From positions 53,528-117,527 of the forward strand of contig NIVC01003140.1 of the NCBI GenBank assembly GCA_002269645.1: a DNA stretch of 64,000 nt. Direction: 5' to 3'. This document shows positions 49,993-64,000 of this stretch, in pieces. The notes beneath the pieces were generated by a model, which ran no database searches, was not told the DNA's origin, and saw only the letters and a program-made list of their open reading frames with translations. The translations under genes and the position numbers were made by a program. The DNA is from Macrostomum lignano. Its lineage: Eukaryota. Position 1 is the stretch's first letter, and every line of letters begins with the position of its first letter.

Positions 49993-52900
49993 CGCTTTGG
50001 CCACGACTGAGGGGCATCATGGTGCGCTTGAAGCAGGCCCCTGATTTGTAAAGATATGCGATGAGAATATGTTGAAACTCTAACTCTACCTACTTGAGCA
50101 CCTGTGTAATTAAACTTAATTTTTTTGTTCAGAAAGATCACCAATAGCTTTTCTGCTTTCATTATTGCACTTTGATTTCCCGAATTATCATAATTCTTTT
50201 CTTCTTGTTACTAATTAATAAGGCATTACAAATTGCATTGCAAGTATTAAAAATGTTTAATAATTAAGATTTAGAATGAAAAATTATGAGAATTTATTGA
50301 TGTAGAAGATTTTTTGAGCCTCTAGCAATTACTGTTTTCTAGTTTGTTGTTTATTGTCTCCAGTCGGTAATGTTTAGATAGTGGCAGTTGTCGGGCTGCC
50401 GAGGCGTGTTTCAATTTTATACGAACAAAACACAATGTAGAAATTGCAACCAATGTTGTGGTCACAAGTTTTCTCCTATTTCTTGTACAATATATTTACA
50501 CGTAGATTTATTATAATTTATACTTTGCTCTGCAACTGCTTGACTTGGCTGCAAAGCTCCTGTTCTCTTCTACTGCCCAGGGATTAACGAATCTTGCGTG
50601 TAATAACTATGAATATTTATCCTTAGCACTGTTGATTTTTAGTCCACGGCATTCAAATTTTTGCGCTGTAATGTCTCATGGCTTTTGGAATTCTCTTGTC
50701 AGTCATTTTCTGTAGTCTAATACCGTAATTCTGCTATTCTCAACCAATGCTAATCTATGCGCCCATGCATTAAGTATTATCCGTCTTAGGTATTTGTTAA
50801 TGCATGCATTGCTAAAACTCGTCCATTTGTATTTTTCTCTAATTAACCATTTTTTGAGCATCTACTCAAGATTCTGAGCTGCATCTTTCCTAACTCAGTC
50901 TAATTAGCCGCGTGTTCGTCAGGCCTGGATTAAAATTCAAGATAGCATAGCAAGACTAAGATGCTGCCTCGTCTCCCCAGCCCACTATCTGATCGAACAG
51001 CGATGACTAACGCACTATTCAATGCTAATCTTTACCGTAATGCTTGCTTACTGTGCACTGAATATGGAGTATGGAGTCCTTGGCCCGCTCCTGCGTACAC
51101 GTTACTTCCTCAGCCCGTTTTTATCTGTATCTCAAATCCCCTGTCCCTTAAATTCCTTCCTGTACACAATAATCCTAATATCCATGTAGCGTTTGCCCTG
51201 CAGGCTCCCCGCCTCTCTTACCCCCCCCCTCTCTCTCTACATTTCCTTCAATTCAGTTTTTAACTTTTCTCTCCCCTGGCTAACAGCAGCCTGGCTGGAT
51301 AGGGATTTATGTAGGAAAGGATTTGAAAGGGGCGCAGAGATGCCCGCAACTGATGGCAGATGCAAGGCAAGTGAAAGAAGAGTTTACAGAAGGAGAGGAG
51401 CGTAGCAGGCGGGGTGAGGTGGCTGCTCTGAACATTTCGGCTATTCTCTCTTCCCCACTGAATAATCATTTTTCCTTTCCCACCCAAATACGGCTCGGCC
51501 TCTTCTAAAATTCTTTTTCTACGCTTTTCCTTTTAATGGGCCTATGCGCACAGGGAGAGAAGTAAGAGAGGCCCGCATGATAATATGACATGCCGCGCAT
51601 TCATATTCATTTTTGCTTGCTCTGCATTTCTCCTCCCTCTGCCCGATTCGTCTCCCAGAAAGCTATTGGATTATAATATTGCTAATGCTGCATGTTTTAT
51701 GCCCCTGGCATTAAGTATATTATTCAGAGCTAGTCTACTCTGCACTAAAGAAATTTGCATAGTTTTTATTATGGCGCTCCCTTTAGGGAAAGAGAATTAT
51801 AATTCAGTAGAATCATGATTTGGATTAATGCAGGCTGTATTCTATGTATGTCATGCCATAATCTGAAGTTTGCAGTTTAGCCGTATTCCAAAGTTAGAGT
51901 TAGGTGGGCATTTCAATTGACAAATTTGCCGAAGCACAAGTTTTGTTTTAATTATTTTTATATCTGCCTGCCAGCGTTTGTGTAAAATAAGCGCAAATGG
52001 CAGCAATTAATTATTAAAGCACTAATGTACACGGCAGTACAACAATTGTATGTTGAACTCCAATGCGATAGTAAGCTCAGGTGCGGGCAGGAGGCTATTA
52101 GTGTGAATATATATTTTACAGTATTATACAACTCTGCAGCAAAACCCAGCTAGTGCCATATTTTACTGTGTGCGTTACCCGACCATGCAGTAAGCTTGGG
52201 GGGGTCGTTTAGTTTTAACAAATTGTGCCTCTGCAGCTATGGCATTTTTCAGTCCCACCCACCCCAAGTCCCTATATAAAACTACTAACTACAATCTATA
52301 TGACATACACAACCTATTAACTGTGTGACCTTGGGTGCACTTTGTATTCATTAGTTGTATACCGGGGTATGCAGTAACTAGAGATAGAAAAGGGACAGAG
52401 AGATTCTAAGTTGTTTCCATGTGTAGAGGGGGGGGCAGTTCTTACCAAAGCCTCTCTCACTCCGTGCGGAGCGCCGCTGCCAAGTGTATGTAAGGCGCTC
52501 ACGCACGGCCATTCAAAAACATATGAAAGAATCGAATGCATATTCCTTAGCGTTATAGTGTATGTAGTCAGCTAAATTTATACTGCTGCATAGTAGGGGG
52601 TTTAAATGCATCAATTTGTGTGTACAGCTTGATGTTTTCTATCCCTTTGTTGAAGAGCAGGATTGCTACTCATAGCCTCATATGAGCTTGTAAGAGTCTC
52701 TCTGAACTCAGTCCCATTATATTTCACTGTGATACCTGTGTATGCTTTTAAACTAGAATCTATAATGAAATAAAACGCGTTGAAGGAAATTGCGGCAACA
52801 TTTTGCCTAGGGAAGAAATTGCATTGCAGAATCACGGGTGCCAGCCCCCAAATTCTAGATTAATTTTTTGCTTTTAATTTTCGAAAATTTCCTGTTTCTC

Positions 52901-55900
52901 TCTTTGTTTTCTCTTTCCTCCATACGCATCGCTTTGTGCTTGAATTTCAGTCCTCTCTCCCCTTCCCACCGGCTGGCTCTGTTCTAGCAGTAACCTATCT
53001 AAATGCCCTTCGTTTCTCTCCGTTATTGGCATAGATTTTCTAGCCTAAATGTAGTATGAATGCTTTTAGTGTGCATTAAAACATTCGGGAATACTTGGGC
53101 ATTGCTGATGTAGCAAACTGTCTCAACTGTACTGAGTCACCATTTAGTTTAGCGAGTCTGTTGCCTGTTTAATGTTTGTCACTATAATATTACTCTTATT
53201 ACCTCAGTGCGTGATGCGTCTAATCTCCCACTCCCCTAATGATTTTGGTCTGTTTGTTTGTATTTTTGCGGACGATTGCTCTCAGGTTTTATTAGTCACG
53301 TGACTCACAAGCGAGCGCATTACTCGCCAATCGCGTATATAGTACTCACCTCTGCCGTGTTGTTGCGCTGCATTAGATTGCTGCACTTCTTTACTTACCC
53401 CTCGATTCCCAGTAGTATTGTGCGTACATTGCCTGCCATTGCTGCGGCGGCCACATCCCTCGCCGATTGAATGTTTAAAAAAATATTTGAGAGCTGGTCC
53501 CTTTGTTACAGAATTATTGATTTCCCAACTATTGATTTTCCCATAGTTAATCAATAACACGCAACTTACACATGTCTGCTTGTGCAGATTGATTGCTAAC
53601 ACATCTTTTCTCTTAGTTTTACATTCTATTTATATTACACATTTGCTGTTTAGTCTGTCCATCTGTAATTACTGTTGTTCTATCCGTCAGTTAGCGCTCC
53701 GCGATATAATACAGAGGCCAGACAGAAGGCACTACTATAAGTATAGCTTACTGCTAATTTCATCGCAGTTGCTTTGTTTACATGAATATGTGTTGCTTTT
53801 GTTGTTATCGCTATCTCTGTGCCACCTTTCACAGCTCTACCTGCTGCTGAATGAACACTTTCTATCTCTATAGAGAAATCATAGTGTGTTGTTCTTAAGC
53901 GTCTTTTTACAGGTCGTATTTTAGTTGCTATCTGCGATTTTCATGTCTAGCTGTGTAAATCTTCGCTTGATATGTTCTGATTTTCTAACTTTATCTTTTC
54001 TTGTCAGCCCTCCGTTAATGCGCAACTCTGTTTTGGTCAGTTCTTTTCTACTCTGCATAAGTTTGTTTATTATATATATACACATACTATCTGACAAATA
54101 CATTGATGTTCTTCTGGCGTCTATCAGTCAGTATGTTTGCGTGCTGTGTGCTAATCAAAGTTCTCATTCAACCTTACTGAGAACGCCATTTCGGTGTAAA
54201 AATTCTGAAGCTTTGACTCCTCTGTTGGTTCCATTCCGTGCCGGCCACATTCGTATGAGTTTTGTGCACAAAAAATGGTCCCGTGGGTTGTGCGATTTAC
54301 AGTCGTAAGGGTCAACCCCCAAGGCACACAGAGCGTACATGCCTGACGATTAGAAAGTCAGGGTCACTGTGCACCCTGTGTGAGCTTCTGCATATGGGGC
54401 ATATGGAGCAGTCAATTCTGACATGCTGAGATGATCAGATCTCTTTTTTCGTTGGTAATCATCGCGTACCAGCAGCGAGCCACATTGGGCATGAGTTCAA
54501 ATATCGATTTACGCTCGTATTCAATTCGACTTGATTTCAAATAAGTGTTTTGTCTGGCCATAGACTAATTTTGCTGCCGGTCAAGAAGGCCCGGTTGTTT
54601 CAACTATCGAGTCAGCGACAATGGTCAGTCAATCAATACATGTACCGGCTGCCACAGCTGTTACCATGGATTCGTCTACCATTGGCAATTGAACCATTGT
54701 GTTTTTATCTGCGATCTGCCACTCGTGCCAAGACCATTTTAGTCACGCGACATCGATATATTAATCTTCCATTCTTTCAAGCAGATTTGTGCGTCTACTC
54801 TATATGGCAAGAAGCTAAAAACGTAGCCTGTGAAACCTCTGGATGGCCGTCACCTATAGACAACTCTTTTCTTTCACACTGACTGAACCCGCTTTCATCG
54901 ATTAGCCTGATACCAGATTCTTGCCATCGGATTGCAGCGACAGCGACAGACTGTGATATTTGCCGCATCTCGGCATCTTGTCGACTGCCAAATCGAAGGT
55001 ACCGATCGACGGTCCTTTTGAGTGGGCTCCATTCTAAAATTCTATTTGCTATCTCGATCTGGATTACTCCTTTACTTGTTTATAGTCTTACAGTCAGCGT
55101 GAAGAAAATTGCCTATGGGTGACGGCCATCCTGCAGTTCAGTGTGTTAGAAACGCAGCTGTCTTATATGAAATATACTATTGAGATCCAATGGCACTAGT
55201 ATATCGATGCCGTGATAAAATGGTCTTGGCACAAGTGTGCTGAGCGCACGAGTGCCATAGACTATTTTATAACAAGGCATCGATATGTTAATATTCCATT
55301 TATTTTGGTCAGCGTGTATTCGACGCACTTTTCTATGGTCCAAACACTGCGTTACTTACACGCTGACCTGCGTTTTTTCACGCTGCCCGCGCTTCGTTTA
55401 ATCTGCTCAAACCATAGACAACTGCGTTTCTTACTCGTACACTCGTGCGAAGCCACACGAGTGTCATACACATTTAAGCAAGAAAAACCAAGTATTGAGT
55501 AGTATTGTAACAGCAATTCAATTCTGGAGTCTCGACCATAGACTATGCATTTAATGCACGCTTTTATCATTTAATGTACGCTTTTTGACTGGCGCGAGAT
55601 GGGGAGTGACCATAGACTATATGATTTAATGCACGCTTTTCGACATTGCAATCGTGTTACATTGTTTTTGCTTGCACTCTCCATCCTTGTACTTGTACAT
55701 AGAATAAAATAATTACATATTTTTAGTCCACATGTATATATTTAGATATTCGGAGTTACATGTACATGTACCAGTGAAAAGCTCATCTATGCACTGGCAA
55801 AAGACTTGCACAGTTGTTTATGCTCTCTATGCGAATTATATCCAGTTATCTAAAGGTATAGCCACGAAATGAGATTGCAACCCCGTGAACTCTCATGTAA

Positions 55901-56935
55901 CTTTATCAGTAGCTATATATAAAATCTCAGTTGTATCGCTCAGGTGCATCGCGCTTTGGCGGGCACTTCTGCATCGCGCGGGATGCTGCCGCAGTTGCAC
56001 AGCCGCGGGCATCGGGAAGCCGTCCACCCGCAGCCTGTCCTCCGCGACCTCCTCAGGACGGTCGAGGAAGTCAGTAGCCGAGGTGCCAAAACCGGCGTCT
56101 CCATAGTGACATCTGCTTGTCAGCCGGCCTGTGAGTGGCCGCTGGCGCTGCTTCCAATGCTGATGCTGATTGTTGTTGCCTTGCTTACTTGAAGCAGCGG
56201 CTGCTTCACTGCAGTTGATAGGACTGGCTGCTGGCATTCTGCACGAATCAGGAAAGAGCACGCAACTGTTTGTTGCATTCTAAATGTGGAAAAAACTGCA
56301 GTAGTAAATATATAAACTCATCCAATGGCGGATCAAGTGGGGTCAAGGTTGTCTGCTGACGCCTGGGAAAAATCCTAGATCCGTCTCTGATCTCATCGAA
56401 ACTAATTTTATCTTTTCCCACTGCCATTAGTTGACCCACAGGTACCACGACTATTTAATAGAGCTGCGAGAACTTCTGTGCGTGCGTGCCGTGTGCTCCC
56501 GCAGGAGCTGGCCTCGTTTGATGGCGGTGTTGCCTGCAGATAGTCTATGGTCGACACTCGATAACTGGTTGGATTCTGGTTGGCCAAACGAGCCTTTAGT
56601 GTTAATAATTCACCCTGGCTTGTACGAGTACTGTACACTGTGGCGAATGAAGATTTGTCTCTTGTGGCTGTCTTGGAAGATCACCATGCAACACATCTTA
56701 TGAAGGGATGCACACAACAGCTGACAGATGCTAATATTGGCATATTGGCACCGATTGGTCCTTTAGGATGTCATGTACATGTAAGTTGTCAATGCTGCCA
56801 TGTCTTGTGCCTTGTGTGGCACTTCATATCTGATGGTATTTTTACTGACGCCGACAAACTTTGCGCAAAAAAAGCCAATTATTGATTTTGCTGCAAGGCT
56901 TTGAATACATAGGAAATGCGCTGTCATCAGCTCAC

Positions 56936-58454
56936 CTGGCTGAAGCTGAGGGTGGCCTGCCAACTAACTGACTGCCAGCCAGGCCGCTGTTGCGAAAGTC
57001 CGGCGTTGGCAGCCGCACAAAGTCTTCAGGAAACCGTTTGATGAGGCTGGCCAGGCTCACCACGGATCTCTGCTGCTGCTGCTGCTGCTGTTGTTCGCGC
57101 TGGAATTGCTGCTGCAGCTGATGTTGCTCTCTGTTTATGACAAAGCTCTTGGAACTGACGATGGGCCTGGCAGTGGCCGGTCTGGAGGGAACCGTTGGAT
57201 CTGCAGTGCAAAGAAATCATTGTTTTATATGTTTTTAGTTTCACTAGAGCATTAATATTAAAATTTAAATAATCAAAAAGATGCTGCAAAACAACCCGCA
57301 GGCAACCCACGCGCTGGCCAGTAGGGCTCGCCGAGAACCTGCAGCTGCTGGCCGCGCCTCGTGTTCCGCAGCGCCCACCTCCGCCGCTCCAGGTTGGCCC
57401 GTTCGCCTAGCCTTGGGGTCACCAGAAAGTAGCCCGGTGGCTGAGGGTACAAGGAATGTTCAATGCGTTGTCTAACTTAATTAATTATAATATAACTTAA
57501 ATTATCCTATAATTGTCTATATCTTCAAGGAGTGGTGCGTTTTACGACGTAAAACTACAGTCAACCATTCCGTCAAAAACTCACCCTGCTCACTTGGCTG
57601 CCGAACCCCAGCCCCAGAGAACTCACCCTGCTCACTTGGCTGCCGAACCCCAGCCCCAGAGAACTCACCCTGCTCACTTGGCTGCCGAACCCCAGCCCCA
57701 GAGAACTCACCCTGCTCACTTGGCTGCCGAACCCCAGCCCCAGAGAACTCACCCTGCTCACTTGGCTGCCGAACCCCAGCCCCAGAGAACTCACCCTGCT
57801 CACTTGGCTGCCGAACCCCAGCCCCAGAGAACTCACCCTGCTCACTTGGCTGCCGAACCCCAGCCCCAGAGAACTCACCATGCTCAATTGGCTGCCGAAC
57901 CCCAGCCCCAAAGAACTCACCCTGCTCACTTGGCTGCCGAACCCCAGCCCCAGAGAACTCACCCTGCTCACTTGGCTGCCGAACCCCAGCCCCAGAGAAC
58001 TCACCCTGCTCACTTGGCTGCCGAACCCCAGCCCCAGAGAACTCACCCTGCTCATGTGGTCGCTGGACCCCAGCGCAGGGTCGAACAGGGTGGCCATCAG
58101 CGGCATCCCCTGAGTCTGTCGCCACGATGCCGAAGCCATCGCCGCTGATGGAGCTTCAGGCTGCAGTGGCTTTCCCTGTCGCGGCTTCCTGGGCTGCCTC
58201 GATCGCCGCTGATGAGCACCGCGCCCCGGTTTCCCACCTGCCGGCTGCTTGGCTCTGCAAACGGCTGCCGCATCCTCTGGTTCTTCCTCGCTATTCGCGC
58301 CGTACAGTAGAAGTCGCTCGCGGTAGCTCCGAGTCAGAGACTCCAGCGTGACCTCCTGTCGCTGCATCGCCCCCTCCGCCGCTGGCAGCTTCACCACAAG
58401 CGATGAGACGGACGCAGATCCGAGCGCTTCCTCTGCTGCAGCCCGCGTTGACAT
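56936..58454 (-). CDS. Unidentified spliced gene: exons 58047-58454, 57311-57440, 56936-57200; further exon(s) probably near 55893-56240
   Basis: ATG at 58454 with an upstream in-frame stop. Junction phases 0 and 1 are consistent and the last donor (gtgagc) is phase 2. Reads ...DHMSR|PPGYFLVTPRLGERANLERRRW...|PTVPSRPATAR...QQQQ. No family recognised. Confidence 0.6.
57579..58052 (-). repeat. 42-bp tandem array, each unit carrying a 5' splice site (AGG|gtgagt); 12 donors
   Basis: Plus-strand unit actcaccctgctcacttggctgccgaaccccagccccagaga; donor positions step from 58046 to 57584 by 42. Confidence 0.92.
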
Positions 58455-59850
58455 CGCGACTCAACTGCCCTTTTTAGGCTTGGATTCTTGTCTGCATTAT
58501 TTATGCTTTTTGAGCGGTGGATGGATACATGAATGCACAGAAGCTGGTGCTGCACTACACAAGCATAAGGAGAATGCAAAGAGTCTGCACCTGCTGTGCT
58601 TCTGTTGCTCTAGTAGACCTTCTCAGCAGCAGTGCACAAAAGCGCGCAAACACCAGACCCAGCAGACCCTTCCTATCCCATCTCTCTTATGCCATAATTG
58701 CCAGGCACTAGCGGTGCTTATCTCTGTCCCCATTCATTCACTGCATTGTAATTCCAGCGCGCACCCGACTCAGTTGGAGTCCTGAGTCTGGCAACTGACG
58801 CGCAATTCTTTGCCTCAGCCGCGCTCATGTAAGGGGGGCGCACAGGGGGAATGTGCTTTTAGCAGTCTTGAAGTTGCTGAACTTCTTTTGAATTTTACCG
58901 TAGTAGACCGGAAATTCCAAAAAACATGGGCTTGTAAAATTATGCATTCTACTCGTAGACCGTATAGACCGATTTATCAGCTACTCACTTGCTTGTAGGT
59001 ACGCTCGTATATGCTTTAGCAGGACTTGCATTCGCGAAATTCAGCCCAATAGTGAATGAAGCTGTAGCGATCAGGCATGACAATCATCATCATACATGTA
59101 TGTCAGCGATTTCAGCCGAACACAAACAAAGGATTAACTATTTTAATGCATGTATTCTATAGATGAAATTCAGATCAATGATAATAAGTAAACCGTGTAG
59201 GTTCGTTCACACAATGGTACGCTCGTAGTAGTTTACTTTGTCTATAGAGTACACAGAGAATAGATAATCAAGCAAGTTATTCACTCCTGAAGCGAAAAAG
59301 CTGCATTGTGTGCGCTTGCATTTTAGCGAGTTAACTGGAGCTGGAGGTCCACAGTTTGCTATCACCTCAGGCGGTGTTTGAAAAAGCGGAAATGTGTACA
59401 CATCATTTTTATGCATCCTACAGTATCATTTAAGGTCGAGTATTGAAATAAAATGGCTGCATTTTCATGCATTAAAGCTTTCTACACAAAATTTAGGCCA
59501 TGGATCACTAAAGCGCGAACTAAAAAGCGGAATAGACACCTCACCCTGGTGCATCATCAGCGGCCAAATGATAACTGTACATTAAAAATAATTAAGCAGT
59601 TGCAGTGTACAAATACATGATTTTGTGGGTCACGAAAACTGTTCGATAATATTGTACTTGATAACGACTGATTATTGATTTTTTCGCATTTACCTAAGAC
59701 ACAGGATTGTGACTTCAAATACTGCCTTAAGTCAGCTTTTAGCTTTGCAGTATACATTTCAGTAACGAATTCAATTTTAGTAAACGCAATCTCTGCCGTG
59801 CCCCTTACAGTAGAACAGTCAGCATGTTTCTGCGTAGAGAGCCGTGCCAG

Positions 59851-61553
59851 TCACACAAAGCTGCTGGACTTTGAATCCGCCGTGGCCCCCAAATATCGGG
59901 CATTTCCGCCAGGACTTCCTCCGCCATCGCCGTTGTGGCCCGCAGCAGCCCGCTGGCGCTGCAGCAGGGACTGTTGACCGCCCTGAAGGTGCCTTGGCAG
60001 CGTGCAGCTGCCGTTGTGGGCCGGCGCCACCCTGCCATCCATGCCGACTTCTCCCGCCGACCACTGCTTGAAGTGCACTGTGTTGTGTGCCGCATTGGAC
60101 CTCTTTCCGACGGCGCTGCTGCAACGCAGGCTCTGGTAGGGACTGCCGGAGCCCCGATGCTGCAAGTCGTATCTGAATGTGCTCATGGACTGCTGGGCCC
60201 CCTTGCGGTCGATTCCGATCGGCTCTGCGACAGTTGAATTTTAATTTCGGACTGGAATTTTGACTCACTTTGTTGAGCATCTTTAAGAATCGACGGAAAT
60301 TGTCTATTACTCTTTGGGACTATTCGGGCCTTTTGGCCATAGACAAAACCGATTTCTCGAGAGAGATACTATCCTCATGTACCGTATCGGCCTCCAGCTC
60401 ATTTTTAAGAAAATCGAGTGTAGACGTCCTTCTACTTTGGTTGTCCACCATGGATCACATGGAGTCCCTGGATCGGACAGGGTTACTCAGAATTATTTTC
60501 CTGCTTGTACTTTGTTCCTAAGACATTATACCGGCTCAGCCTAACTTTCATCAAAAAGTCTGCACTTTAACCCACTTTATGGTGTGTCTGTGTGAAATCT
60601 TTAACTGCAACCTTAAGCGTTTCATACTGTGTTTTGCGGTTATCAGCATTTCTACTTAAATTTTGCATTAAGTTTCGCTTACAGATAGAAAAAAGAATTA
60701 GTCAGTTATGGGAGAACTTCGCTGCTCAATAAACATCTGAATAAGTCTTCTCTAGCAAGAGAGCACTCACTGCAGAGCAACAGAGAACATACCTATTCAA
60801 TCTAGGAGCTGAAACTGCCTCAGTTCATTTCAAGTCTTCTCAACTATGTTGAGCATCATGACATGAGATTGCCCACTCGAGCTCCTATCTATTCACTTCC
60901 ATCCCGTTTAACGAGACCGTCAATGCATGCGGTTGCACACTTTTTACTTTAGTTGTTTTTGACATGATGTTAGGGTATTCCAGCCTAACATAGCCTAAAA
61001 ATAGAAGCTAACTATTTTTCTAGTGGCCCTATTGTTCACAACGCAGGCTCTGCTTTTCTCAACTGCGACCAGATGTATAGAAGGAGCAGCCGATCTCCAC
61101 GGCTTTTATCCAAATTCCCCATCGACAATTATGGCCTGCCCACCTGCTGAGAGCCTTCCCCACCTTGATTGCGCAATCTGCGCACAAATATTTGAACTGC
61201 AGGGGAAAAGGGAGTAAATCTCTTCTCCTTATGAAAGGAACCGGCCCAATCGCACTCGTGTACAGTGCTATAATGTTGTGAGAACCTTGACTGGCATAAA
61301 ACACCAGCTGAAAGGTTTAATAAACACACGAATATTAACTAGTACAAGCATAAAAACTATCTGCAACTGAAACAAATCAGTTAATAAATATGAAATAAGT
61401 TTCACTCACCTTTAACAGAGCGGGCAGTTCTGCTTCCATTGTCGCTGCTGCAGCCTTTGCCGCTGTCCAGACTATCGGCATCTTCGCCAGCTGTCAGCAG
61501 ATGCAGCTTGCCCTGCAGAGGGGTTGCCGTCATTCGCGTGATTTGATACTCAA
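59851..61553 (-). CDS. Last two candidate exons (61410-61553, 59851-60224) of an unidentified gene
   Basis: The phase-1 gtgagt donor joins the tcgcag acceptor: ...EDADSLDSGKGCSSDNGSRTARSVK|EPIGIDRK...SKSSSFV*. Upstream exons not resolved. Confidence 0.45.
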
Positions 61554-63134
61554 CTGCTCAACAATAGAGTCCCGATTCTAGTCTATGCAGGCATCAGGAA
61601 ATAAATCTGTGAGCAAGCAAAATTATTTTGCATTTGCATCTGACAAATTCCAGGAGCCCCGACTTCGGGCTTCACTATAATCTTCTTGATGGGATCTTAG
61701 TAGCTCACCGACAGCTTCACTTCCTTCCCTCGCTACTCAGCCTCAAAGCGAAGCTCGAGCGGGCAATTTGCGCAGATTAGCAGGCCTGAAAGGTGCTGCC
61801 TCGCATTAGCAACGGATTGTCTGACTGTTTCTTACTCAGCCACTACCTGTTTCCCAGTCTCTTTCGCTTCATCATCTTCACCATAACGGGCGATATTTGC
61901 TTCACAAAACTTGCCTAGCATAAAAGCTTTTAGAGAGCTCGTTCTGAGTTGCGAGCTGTGACAGAGTTGTCAATGCAGGGCTGACTGCAACTCCGCACAA
62001 GAGAGCGTAAACAGAAAATGCCTTTGATGTCTGCATCACCTGTTTTTCTGCCCGGCTTCACACCTTTGTTTCCTGGTTCTCATTTTCCCAATTAGAGAGC
62101 CAATTATTTCTTGATGGTTCATAGTTCACTGCTCGAATATTTTAGCTAGATATTTTCAGCAAAGCACAGAAGGAAAACTCCCTAATTCATCTTTACTTTT
62201 CTCTATTTTGAAATTACCAAACTGGTGACTTCGCATGCTGTTCAGACAGCCAACAATTGAACGATATGAAAATTTTACTAATTAACGGTTTCAGGTAAGT
62301 CCGGTTTTAGCGACGCAAAGCGGCTTAGTGTGGAATGCACAACTTGTGGGCCCGGACAGCCGCGGCTGGAGCAACGGGCCTGTGACTCAATCCCATTCTC
62401 TAATTAGCAGTGGGAGAATTCTATCCCGTCTCCCCCCCCCCCCCTATCTTATTTCCAACGCTTCCCCCTACTTTCCCGCCTCGCCCTCCAAGTAAAATTG
62501 AAAGTGGAAAGGCGAACAGGCGGTTTGGGAGTTCCGGTGTCGCATTTCGTGTGGCATTTATTCCTCAGCTGAGCTCCTTGCCGCAGGTATAAATGGGGAG
62601 TGATAAGAAAGGAGGCAGCCCCGCCCCGCCCCCCGTGATAAGAGCTGGAAGGCCGCAACAAGGAAGATACAGAATGCATATGAAGGAGGGGGGGTATCTG
62701 TGCCTGTTTCAAGACTCCACTTGCCGCAATGTGGGAAAGAGAGACAAGAGAGAGCCACTAATGAGGAGCCTGGGAAACAGTGGCATGACCGTGCATTTCG
62801 CTAATAACGGCTTCTGCCTGCCACCTTGATAACTATTGCATTACTCAGTCTGTGGCTACCCCTCTCAAATGACCATATACAGATTTCGCATTTTGAATAC
62901 TCATAATAGCTCTTTATGTTGGCATGCGGCCGGCTCGCATTAAAATAATGCAGTCACAATTACCTGTGTGTGTGCGTGTTGTCACTTATCATATAGGTAA
63001 GAAAACTGGGGTGCAGAAACCTTAAATTATAGGAAAAGAAATTATTTCACTAACTATTTCACTATTTCACCAACTACGAGTATTTCAATTATTTCACTAA
63101 GAATCCAGCTTATGGCCGCGGGCCGGATGAGAAA

Positions 63135-63275
63135 GAATTTAAGAGAGGGAATTGATGATGATGAGAGAAGCAAAGAGTAGAGAGGGAAGAAAAGGGAGAG
63201 AAAAGAGAAGAGAAAAGAAGAGAAAAGAGAGATTAGAGATTAGAGAAGAGAGAGAAGAGAAGAGAGACAAAACTT
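63135..63275. repeat. GA-rich low-complexity tract
   Basis: Purine-rich gagaag-type repeats. Confidence 0.8.
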
Positions 63276-64000
63276 GAGCGGGCCGGATTGCTATTGTGAA
63301 GTTTCAAAGGACCCGAGAGGGCCTGATAGAGAGGCTTCGCGGGCTTCAGTTAGATTTGCAATGACTTAAACTGTTAATCTGTTAATTCAGCAGTGAATCT
63401 CATAGCGTAGCTTACATCAGCAACTGGCAGGTAACTTCTGCCAATCGTCTGGTCTGACTCCATTGGACTCAACGTCAGGGCCACCTGGTAGTGGTGCGGA
63501 TCGCCTGCTTCACAGTCCGCGCTCTAACAGCGAGGGTAGAGCCTGTGGCAGCTGAACCATCTGGTAAGCAGGTTGTATTGTAAAGCAATTCAGAAAGTAC
63601 AGCAGCAAGTTTGGGCAGGTCAATGTTGGAATATTCTCTTTTGTCTGCTTTGCTTAACAATGATTTCCTACCGAACCAATTAATGCTAACTGCTCATTTT
63701 TATATTTGTGATGCCTATTTTGCACCTGAGAAATGCGAATTATATTCTGAGTATTCTGCATAGTACCTGAGAGGCACCAAAATGAGTGAGAGCTATGACG
63801 CTGAATCGAGTGTTTAAGATCCTGAATGGCACTGGAGGCGCCAAAATGAGTGAGAGCTATGACGCTGAATGTCAGATTGATCATCAAAAGTGCCAAAAAG
63901 AACTCTCGGAGAAGCAAATTTTTTAGTAGCACGTGGCTGGAGATTTGCGCTAGCCAAAGATTTCAGAGGATAGGAATGTTACTCTCGAATCTCTACATTC

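Noticed and set aside
54335-54365. Hammerhead ribozyme (ctgacga...gaaa)
   Set aside because: No helix II can form between the core strands, and the second copy at 13290 lacks the core. ctgatga hits at about 4939 and 36264 lack the following GAAA.
50500-55700. Scattered short ORFs and recurring motifs (ggccatagact, catcgatat)
   Set aside because: Probably decayed repeats; no family, termini or intact frame could be supported.

Overview
Repeat-rich eukaryotic (metazoan) genomic DNA with GT-AG introns, GC-rich exons and AT-rich intergenic DNA. The style resembles a flatworm such as Macrostomum, but that is only an impression. Host genes rebuilt by hand from splice sites and intron phase: a TRMT6-like 5' exon, SF3B2 (partly duplicated in tandem), a MAP9-like coiled-coil gene, a C1GALT1-like galactosyltransferase interrupted by a retro-insertion, a multi-zinc-finger gene, and two unidentified spliced genes. 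The best candidate for a new system is a 7-exon model (24165-30433, about 874 aa) that joins two ankyrin-repeat blocks, a Ser/Thr kinase and a caspase-fold domain lacking both catalytic residues. A 138-bp piece of that kinase is also captured inside a nearby TIR-bounded satellite element. Mobile DNA: an RTE-like LINE with a twin-priming-type 5' inversion (present twice), a dead RT+RNase H LINE with TSD, a DD34D mariner transposase, a tRNA-derived SINE, a foldback-like element and several minisatellites. One minisatellite forms a ladder of in-frame splice donors. Some frameshifts and near-identical duplications may be long-read assembly artefacts.
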